From NCBI GenBank assembly GCA_038153405.1, contig JAYOYH010000013.1:14162-78161 (forward strand): a DNA stretch of 64,000 nt. The letters run 5' to 3'. This DNA comes from Gemmatimonadota bacterium (GTDB taxonomy: Bacteria; Latescibacterota; UBA2968; UBA8231). Below are positions 57,273 through 64,000 of this stretch, piece by piece. The number at the start of each line of letters is the position of its first letter. Position 1 is the first letter of the stretch. The notes beneath the pieces are model-generated. The model worked only from the letters and a program-made list of their open reading frames with translations, was not told where the DNA came from and made no database searches. The translations under genes were made by a program, and so were the position numbers.

Positions 57273-58070
57273 ATGCATACTACAGGGGACAAACTGACAG
57301 ACGAGGCGTGGCAGCAATTTCAACGCGATGGGTTCTTGTCGCTTGGCCAGGTGGCCGACCCAGAGGCGTTGTCTGCGCTGCAGACGCGAATGGACGATAT
57401 CATGATGGGTCGGGCCGACGTCGACTACGACCGCATGATGATGCAGTTGGACAGCGCAGATGGACCAGGATCGGGGCCGGGACCGCAGTCCAGGGGATTC
57501 AAGGGGCCGACCCTAGCCTATCGCAAGATACAGGATCTCGAATACGACGACGTCTTTCTGCGCTATATGCAGCATCCGCTCTTCCGCGATATCTGCATGC
57601 GCGCCTATGGAGAAGGGGCCGATATCGCCTGCTTTCGCGCCATGTTTATGAACAAACCCGCCGGCGAGGGCACCCATCTAGTGTGGCACCAAGACCGCTG
57701 GACGCACCTGGACCGCGATCCGCTCGTCACGGTGTGGACGGCTCTGGACGCGGCTACGGTGGCTAACGGCTGCGTCCACATCCTGCCCGGTTCGCATTCC
57801 GCGCTGGTCAACCCGGAGCATGGCTCGGGTTTCCTCACCGATGAGCAGACGCAAAAGCTGCTCGGCCAAAGCGATCCCGTACCGCTGGAACTGGAGGCTG
57901 GCGAGGTCGTTCTCCTGCACAACTGGCTGCTGCACAGCTCGGACGTAAATCGAACCGAAAGGGCCCGTCGCGCATTTAGCGTATGCTACATGGACGCGGC
58001 TACGGTGGCCAGCAACGGCCATAATTACCCCGTTGTTTTTGGCGAGAACGCGCTGGCGCTCAGGGCCTGA
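57273..58070 (+). CDS. Phytanoyl-CoA dioxygenase (PhyH) family protein
   Basis: FQRDGF, MNKPAG, WHQD, NGCVHILPGSH, LLHSS..N...RRA. Confidence 0.9.
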   Translation: MHTTGDKLTDEAWQQFQRDGFLSLGQVADPEALSALQTRMDDIMMGRADVDYDRMMMQLDSADGPGSGPGPQSRGFKGPTLAYRKIQDLEYDDVFLRYMQHPLFRDICMRAYGEGADIACFRAMFMNKPAGEGTHLVWHQDRWTHLDRDPLVTVWTALDAATVANGCVHILPGSHSALVNPEHGSGFLTDEQTQKLLGQSDPVPLELEAGEVVLLHNWLLHSSDVNRTERARRAFSVCYMDAATVASNGHNYPVVFGENALALRA

Positions 58071-58118
58071 TGGCACGTCCATTTTTCTCTGCGCAGGATG
58101 GGTAGCGACGGCAGAGCG

Positions 58119-60428
58119 ATGTCGATAAAAGGGGTATTGAGCATCCTCGCGGCGCTGTTGATCTGCTGCCGCGGGCTCGGGGCCGAGGGCGGGGGCGCTA
58201 CAATCAGCGGGTTTGTCTATAGCCGCGACGACGGCGAGGCGCTCATTCGGGCCAGCGTATCGATGCGCGGTTTTCCACTGGGGGCAATGAGCAACGATAG
58301 CGGGTATTTTGTCCTTGCCGACGTTCCGGCTGGTCGCTGGTCGCTGGTCGCCTCGTTCATTGGCTTTGAGGACGTCGAGCAAATCGTAGAAGTGGCAGCC
58401 GGTGGCCACGCTCGAGTCGATTTATTCCTCGCTACCAAAGCACTGCAGGGCGAGGAGATGCTGGTGCGCGAGGATTCGCTGCGCATGGCTGACAGGTTGT
58501 TTGCCCGAACCATTTCCACGGTCCATTTATCTCCGCGACACATCGAACAGGTACCGCCGTTTGCCGAGGCCGACCTACTGCGTTCGCTTGCGGCGCTGCC
58601 CGGCATCGTCCCGCTGTCCGATTTTTCTTCGGCGCTCTACGTGCGCGGGGGAACCCCCGACCAAAACCTCTACCTGATTGACGGGGCAGAGGTTTATAAC
58701 CCCGAGCACGCGTTTGGCCTTTTCTCCACGTTTAATACCGATGCCATAAAGCGGGTTGAGTTGTCAAAGGGAGGCTTCGGTGCGGAAATGGGCGGGCGCC
58801 TTTCCTCGGTGCTGGACGTAGTCAATGTCGACGGCAATCGCGAGCGCTTTCAGGGCGTTGCGGCGATTAGTTTACTGTCGGTAAAATCCACGCTGCAGGC
58901 CCCGCTAGGCACGCGCGGTTCGCTGTCGGGTTCGCTGCGTCGAACCTATTTCGATCAAACGATTGGCCGCCGCTCCGACGACATCCCCGATTATTACTTT
59001 TACGATGGGCACGTTAAGGCCTTTGTCGACCTGGGCGACGCCGACAAGCTGATGCTGGGCTTCTTCGGCGGGCGCGATGTCCTCGATGTCACCTTTGATG
59101 GAGGCGCTAGGGATGAGAGCGGTTTTGGCGTCGCCTGGCAAAACCAAACGGCTAGTGCGCGCTACGTGCGCGTATTCACCCCGCGCCTCTTTGGCACCTT
59201 TGCACTGACGGCATCGCGCTTTGCCTCGGACTTCGCCTTTTCCGAAGGCTCGTTAGAGGAGCGCAATGTCGTAACGGATGCCACGCTGAAGGCGCAGATC
59301 CAGTATGACCGGAGTCCGGCGCTGCGCGTTGAAGTGGGGTCCGAATTGAAGCGACTGCAGGCGCGCTTTAGTCAGGATTTTCTCTCGGGTGAGATCGATG
59401 TGCGCGACAATCCCACACAGGCGGGTCTCTACGGCTTGCTCAATTGGCGTCCACTTGGCGGAGTGTGGGATGCGCAGGGGGGGCTTCGCTACAGCCGCTA
59501 TAGGGGTGCTACATCGCTGCATCATATCGAGCCGCGCATGGCGCTCAAGTATCGCTTGACCGCGGCCTCGATGGTAAAAGTGGCCACCGGGCTCTATCAC
59601 CAGTATGTCCACCGAGTGCCACGCTTTGTCGCCGCTGACATATGGACCACAGCCAACGCCCATCAGGGGGCATCGCGCGCCGTGCACTATATCGTTGGCT
59701 ACCAGCGCGAGTGGCATCGCCTCGGGCAGATCGAGGTCGAGGCATTTCACAAGCGCTATTACGATATATACCAATTCAACCGCACCTTTCTAACCGATGT
59801 GCAGGCGGCCAAATTCGACCAGAGAGACCGGCCGATCATTGCCAGCACCCAGGGCTTATTTCATCCGGGTAGCGGTCATTCGAGCGGCTTTGAGGTCCTG
59901 CTGCGCAAAGAGGCTGGTGCACTCAGTGGATGGGTTGGCTATTCGCTGGCGCGCACGCGCTACGCGTTTGCCGGGATTAACGGCGGGCGCGCCTTTAGCC
60001 CGCGCCACGATCGCACCTCTACGCTCAATGCCGTGGCGCGCATCGATCTATCAAAGGCGCTGCGCGGCGGTAGTGGGGGCTGGTATTTTGGCGCCAATCT
60101 GGTCTATTCGACGGGACAGCCCATCACCGAACCCGGATCGGCCTACTTGGCCTCTATTGCGCCGAGCGACCCGCAGGTCAGCGTGTTTTACGCGCCGACG
60201 CGCATTAACGGGGTGCGCCTACCTGCCTATGTGCGACTTGATCTGAGTTTGGAATGGCGGCGCGATTTCGCTTCCTGGAGGATGATGCCCTATTTGCAGG
60301 TGTTCAATGCGGGCAACCGCCGCAACGCGTGGTTTGTCGAATACGATTTTGCCAACAGCCAGCCCGAGGTCGGCCAAGTAGGGATGTTTCCCCTCTTGCC
60401 TACCTGCGGACTGCGCGTCGAGTTCTGA
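58119..60428 (+). CDS. TonB-dependent receptor with N-terminal carboxypeptidase-regulatory-like domain
   Basis: Signal peptide. GEALIRASV, LPGI, YVRGGTPDQNLYLIDG, GGRLSSVL, C-terminal aromatic VEF. Confidence 0.92.
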   Translation: MSIKGVLSILAALLICCRGLGAEGGGATISGFVYSRDDGEALIRASVSMRGFPLGAMSNDSGYFVLADVPAGRWSLVASFIGFEDVEQIVEVAAGGHARVDLFLATKALQGEEMLVREDSLRMADRLFARTISTVHLSPRHIEQVPPFAEADLLRSLAALPGIVPLSDFSSALYVRGGTPDQNLYLIDGAEVYNPEHAFGLFSTFNTDAIKRVELSKGGFGAEMGGRLSSVLDVVNVDGNRERFQGVAAISLLSVKSTLQAPLGTRGSLSGSLRRTYFDQTIGRRSDDIPDYYFYDGHVKAFVDLGDADKLMLGFFGGRDVLDVTFDGGARDESGFGVAWQNQTASARYVRVFTPRLFGTFALTASRFASDFAFSEGSLEERNVVTDATLKAQIQYDRSPALRVEVGSELKRLQARFSQDFLSGEIDVRDNPTQAGLYGLLNWRPLGGVWDAQGGLRYSRYRGATSLHHIEPRMALKYRLTAASMVKVATGLYHQYVHRVPRFVAADIWTTANAHQGASRAVHYIVGYQREWHRLGQIEVEAFHKRYYDIYQFNRTFLTDVQAAKFDQRDRPIIASTQGLFHPGSGHSSGFEVLLRKEAGALSGWVGYSLARTRYAFAGINGGRAFSPRHDRTSTLNAVARIDLSKALRGGSGGWYFGANLVYSTGQPITEPGSAYLASIAPSDPQVSVFYAPTRINGVRLPAYVRLDLSLEWRRDFASWRMMPYLQVFNAGNRRNAWFVEYDFANSQPEVGQVGMFPLLPTCGLRVEF

Positions 60429-60431
60429 TCC

Positions 60432-61334
60432 ATGCGATATCGTGCAGTGGCGATGCTGCTTTGGGTCGGTCTAGCGGGCTGCGGCGAGGGACGTTTTTCG
60501 GTGTCGAATACCAGCTACGAGCCGCGCCTGGTCATCGAGGGCCTGCTGCGGCCAGGGATCGGAGTGGACGGCATCCGCATTACGCGCAACGTTCGCGTCG
60601 ACGAGCGCATACGCACCGACGACCTGATTCCCGCCGATGTGCAGGCTCATTTGACGGACAGATCAAACGGGCGCTCGTTTGCGCTGACCCTGCGCGATGC
60701 CGATCGAGTCGAGGATCGACTTTTTTACTACAGCGGCAGCGACTTGCGGATTGTGCCTGGGGCCTCCTATGCCCTCGATGTCAGCGCCAGCGTCGAAGGG
60801 GCTCTGCTGCGCGCGGGCGCCGTGACGACCGTGCCCGAGGATGGCTTCCGCATTGCCGGCGTCAATCGACAGGCCATGCCGTATCGGCCACTTGACGAGC
60901 GCGGCGATCCGTTAAACTTTGCCCTCTCCATTGAGCGTTCGCCAAGCAGTCGCTTCTATCTGCTCACGCTGCGTCCGCGCGTGGTTACGAGTGCTAACTT
61001 CATCTACGAAAATTCCTTTACCCAGCAAAGCCGTCAGGACGTTGAGGGCCGCCTTGACGACTTTGGCTTTCGCTGGGATTGGATACAGAATACGCCTCGC
61101 GGTGCGGGGGTTTCGACCATCGAAGTGATGTGGTTCGACCTGTGGTTTTACGGCGATTACGATGTATTGGTCTATGCGGCCGACGATAACTACGCGCGCT
61201 TTATACAGACTCACGACCAAGTGCGCGAAGCCGATGGCAATTTTCACGAAGCGGAATTTGCCATTGAAGGGGACGGCATTGGCTACTTCGGCTCGGCATT
61301 AGTCGATTCCGTGCGCTTGCAGGTGCAGCGCTGA
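60432..61334 (+). CDS. DUF4249-like lipoprotein
   Basis: Lipobox LAGC. YEPRLVIEGLL, C-terminal IEGDGIGYFGS. Follows the TonB receptor. Confidence 0.75.
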   Translation: MRYRAVAMLLWVGLAGCGEGRFSVSNTSYEPRLVIEGLLRPGIGVDGIRITRNVRVDERIRTDDLIPADVQAHLTDRSNGRSFALTLRDADRVEDRLFYYSGSDLRIVPGASYALDVSASVEGALLRAGAVTTVPEDGFRIAGVNRQAMPYRPLDERGDPLNFALSIERSPSSRFYLLTLRPRVVTSANFIYENSFTQQSRQDVEGRLDDFGFRWDWIQNTPRGAGVSTIEVMWFDLWFYGDYDVLVYAADDNYARFIQTHDQVREADGNFHEAEFAIEGDGIGYFGSALVDSVRLQVQR

Positions 61335-61336
61335 GA

Positions 61337-61365
61337 TTGCTCGGATGGTGTGCAATTGATATACT
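61337..61365 (+). promoter_or_regulatory. Putative sigma70 promoter TTGCTC-N17-TATACT with extended -10 TG
   Basis: Intergenic, upstream of the Gfo/Idh/MocA gene. Confidence 0.5.
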
Positions 61366-61428
61366 AGCGAACACCGCGCCGGAAAGTGTTGGGTGGCGGC
61401 GAAAAATAACACGTTAAACGAGGAAGCA

Positions 61429-62544
61429 ATGGCCAAGAAAAAAGGACCTGTACAAGTGGGAATCATTGGCTGCGGGGCGATTAGTGCAGCCTATATGCGC
61501 ATCGGCAAGACCTTTCGCGATATCGAGATTGCAGCCTGTGCCGATCTCGACCGCAAGCGGGCCAAGGAGCGGGCGGAGGAATTTGAAATACCGCGCGCAT
61601 GCACGGTAAAACAGCTCTTGGCCGACAAGTCGATCGAGATTGTTGTCAACTTGACGGTGCCCAAAGCACACGGCAGCGTCGCGCTGCAGGCACTACAGGC
61701 CGGCAAGAGCGTCTACAACGAGAAGCCGCTGGCCGTCGAGCGGGCCGATGCACAGGCCATGCTGGAGTTAGCCGAGAAAAAGGGCCTGCTGGTCGGTGGG
61801 GCGCCCGATACCTTTCTCGGCGGTGGACACCAGACCTGTCGCAAGCTCATCGACGACGGGTGGATTGGTCAGCCGATTGCCGCCAATGCCTTTATGATGA
61901 GCCATGGCCACGAGAGCTGGCACCCCGATCCGGAGTTTTACTACGAGCGCGGCGGCGGTCCGATGTTTGATATGGGCCCGTACTATCTGACGGCGCTGGT
62001 CCATATGATGGGGCCCGTTGCCAAGGTAAGCGGCTGCACGCGCATTACCTTTCCCGAGCGCACGATTACCAGCGAGAAGAAGTACGGCAAGGTCATACCC
62101 GTGGAAACGGCGACGCACATCGTCGGCATTATGGAATTTGCCAGCGGTGCCGTCGGCCAGATCACCACTAGCTTTGACGTGTGGGGCGCGGAATTGCCGC
62201 GCATCGAGGTCTACGGCACGGAAGGCTCGTTGAGCGTGCCCGACCCCAACGGTTTTGGCGGCACCGTTAAGTACAAGCGCGGGCGCGACGAGTGGAAAGA
62301 AGTCCCCCTGACGCACGGCTATAACGAAAATGCGCGCAGCTTGGGCGTGGCGGATATGGCCAACGCACTGCGCACGGGGCGTGTGCACCGGGCCAACGGC
62401 GCGTTGACCTATCACGTGCTCGATCTTATGCACGCCTTTCACGACGCGGCCGATGCCGGTAAGAGCTTGAAGATCAAGAGCACCTGCCAGCGGCCGGCAC
62501 CGCTGCCGTTGGGTTTGCGCGACGGCGAAGTGAGCCTCTCCTAG
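61429..62544 (+). CDS. Gfo/Idh/MocA family oxidoreductase
   Basis: [51 protein letters not shown]. Confidence 0.93.
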   Translation: MAKKKGPVQVGIIGCGAISAAYMRIGKTFRDIEIAACADLDRKRAKERAEEFEIPRACTVKQLLADKSIEIVVNLTVPKAHGSVALQALQAGKSVYNEKPLAVERADAQAMLELAEKKGLLVGGAPDTFLGGGHQTCRKLIDDGWIGQPIAANAFMMSHGHESWHPDPEFYYERGGGPMFDMGPYYLTALVHMMGPVAKVSGCTRITFPERTITSEKKYGKVIPVETATHIVGIMEFASGAVGQITTSFDVWGAELPRIEVYGTEGSLSVPDPNGFGGTVKYKRGRDEWKEVPLTHGYNENARSLGVADMANALRTGRVHRANGALTYHVLDLMHAFHDAADAGKSLKIKSTCQRPAPLPLGLRDGEVSLS

Positions 62545-62571
62545 TACACACCCTACGCGAGCGAGCCCGCC

Positions 62572-63747
62572 ATGCGACGAAACCCGGCCGAAGCCGCGCT
62601 GGACCATATTGACGAGAAGCGCCTGTTGGCCACGGCCACTGCGCTGGTCGAAGTGCCCAGTCCCACCCTTGACGCGGGGGCGGCAGCCGATCGCCTGGCG
62701 GAGATCCTCGATGCCGACGGTTTTGCCGTAGAGCGGCCGGTGGCCAACTGGCCGGTAGCTCCGGCGGTGGCTGTGCGCCATCGCGTGGGGGAGGGGGGGC
62801 GCCTGCTGCAGTTCGACGGTCATCTCGATACGGTGCACCTGCCCTTTGTTGGACCGAGCGTCGTTGACGGCTTTCTCTGTGGTTCGGGCGCTTCCGACAT
62901 GAAGGGCGGCCTGGCCGCCGCTGTGGAGGCCCTGCGCGCCCTGCGCGACAGCGATGCGCTAGCGGGAGGAGGCGTGCTGCTGACGGCGCACGACCACCAC
63001 GAAGGGCCGTGGGGCGATCGGCGGCAGCTGTTGGCCATGATCGACGAGGGCTACGTCGGCGACGGCGTGCTGCTGCCCGAATATCTAGCCCACCTGCTTC
63101 CGCTGGGCGGACGCGGGCAGGCTATATTCGCCGTCGATATACAGCGCGATGGCGAACCCGTGCACGAAGTGCTGCGCCCGTCGGGCTTGCCCGACGTCAT
63201 CGGTGCAGGAGCTGAATTCGTGCTGCAGATGCGAGCGCTCGACGGCCGCCTAGCCGAGGAGCAGGTCGAATATGTGGGGCGCGAATCGGCTTTTGTCGGG
63301 CGGATTGATAGTGGCCAGATATACAACCAGGCGCCGGTCCGCTGTCGCATAGAAGGCACGCGCCGCTGGGTGCGTCCTGGGACCGGCGCAGCGGTGCGCG
63401 CCGAGTTTGACGCCCTGCTCGTCGCACTGGCTGAGCGCAGCGGAGCGCGCGTCACCGTGGCCGAGTGGGACGTGACGGGCGATGCCTTTCGCATTGGCGA
63501 AGACGACCCGCTGGTAGCGGCTCTCCAGGGTGCCCATCGCAGCGTGGTCGGACGGGAGTTGCCGCTCGGTGCCAAACCCTTTGTCGACGACGGCAACCAC
63601 TTTTTTGCGCGCGCGGGCATACCGGCGCTGACGCACGGCCCCGCTGGCTTGGGAGCACACACCACGGAGGAGCGCGTGCCGGTCGACGAGTTGGTGCGGG
63701 TGGCGCGGGTCTACGCGCTGACGGCGCTGCGTTTTTGCGCCGCTTGA
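62572..63747 (+). CDS. M20 family metallopeptidase (ArgE/DapE-like)
   Basis: DGHLDTV, GSGASDMKGG, GP..LGAHTTEE. Confidence 0.85.
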   Translation: MRRNPAEAALDHIDEKRLLATATALVEVPSPTLDAGAAADRLAEILDADGFAVERPVANWPVAPAVAVRHRVGEGGRLLQFDGHLDTVHLPFVGPSVVDGFLCGSGASDMKGGLAAAVEALRALRDSDALAGGGVLLTAHDHHEGPWGDRRQLLAMIDEGYVGDGVLLPEYLAHLLPLGGRGQAIFAVDIQRDGEPVHEVLRPSGLPDVIGAGAEFVLQMRALDGRLAEEQVEYVGRESAFVGRIDSGQIYNQAPVRCRIEGTRRWVRPGTGAAVRAEFDALLVALAERSGARVTVAEWDVTGDAFRIGEDDPLVAALQGAHRSVVGRELPLGAKPFVDDGNHFFARAGIPALTHGPAGLGAHTTEERVPVDELVRVARVYALTALRFCAA

Positions 63748-63999
63748 TTAGGGCGCAAAAGCCTGCGCTTCTCGTTGGCCTTGTTCAAGGTCGACCTTGG
63801 ACAGTAATAGAGCGCCGGCGATAAAGAGCACAAGGATGGAGAGGATCGAAGCGCGCGGCGAGCCGAGCAGTACGCTGGTCCAACCCATGAGAGCGGGGCC
63901 CAGGACGGCGGCCGATTTCCCCAGCATATTGTAGAAGCCAAAAAACTCCGCCGACTTGCCGGGGGGGATAAGGCGGTGGTAAAGCGAGCGGCTCAGCGC
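63748..63999 (-). CDS. MFS transporter (UMF1/Atg22-like), 5'-partial
   Basis: Not in ORF track. ALSRSLYHRLIPPGKSAEFFGFYNMLGKSAAVLGP...VDLEQGQREAQAFAP, TAA at 63748-63750. Confidence 0.85.
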   Translation of the reverse strand, partial: ALSRSLYHRLIPPGKSAEFFGFYNMLGKSAAVLGPALMGWTSVLLGSPRASILSILVLFIAGALLLSKVDLEQGQREAQAFAP

Positions 64000-64000
64000 C

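Noticed and set aside
24932..62838. Long antisense ORFs (e.g. 24932-25957, 41523-42434, 61768-62838)
   Set aside because: They lie opposite well-supported genes. Such shadow frames are expected in GC-rich coding DNA.
1..64000. Mobile elements, prophage, tRNA or rRNA genes
   Set aside because: No transposase, integrase or phage-like ORF was recognised, and no cloverleaf or rRNA-like stretch was seen in the short intergenic gaps. Not verified by tRNAscan/Infernal.

Overview
GC-rich, gene-dense bacterial chromosomal segment with about 57 CDS. No rRNA, tRNA, CRISPR array, transposase or phage genes were seen. A dockerin/EF-hand-like tail, a 'QNAPNPFN' FlgD-Ig-type C-terminal sorting domain, a TonB receptor + DUF4249 pair and many PhyH/Gfo-Idh-MocA/sulfatase genes suggest a diderm FCB-superphylum organism such as Ca. 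Latescibacterota (inference). Main content: (i) a STAS-HATPase kinase / micropeptide / STAS-winged-HTH / SH3 cluster directly upstream of nurA - HAS-barrel - herA; (ii) rnhA, lpdA, a SelA/DgaE-like PLP enzyme, cca, yitJ-like methionine synthase/MTHFR fusion; (iii) an XPB-like helicase + DUF790 (Bax1-like) nuclease pair; (iv) SSS transporter, DUF362, sulfatase, fdhD; (v) an NAD-linked formate dehydrogenase whose alpha subunit is split in the ORF track at an in-frame UGA (selenocysteine, with a SECIS hairpin); (vi) an ORF-free intergenic region holding a consensus sigma-54 promoter, an IHF box and an 18-bp palindrome, apparently driving an ~80-nt terminated small RNA; (vii) methyltransferase-flippase-TMTC-like glycosyltransferase; hom-apgM-asd; GT4-sulfotransferase; and assorted catabolic enzymes. 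All family assignments come from motif recognition by eye, not database searches.
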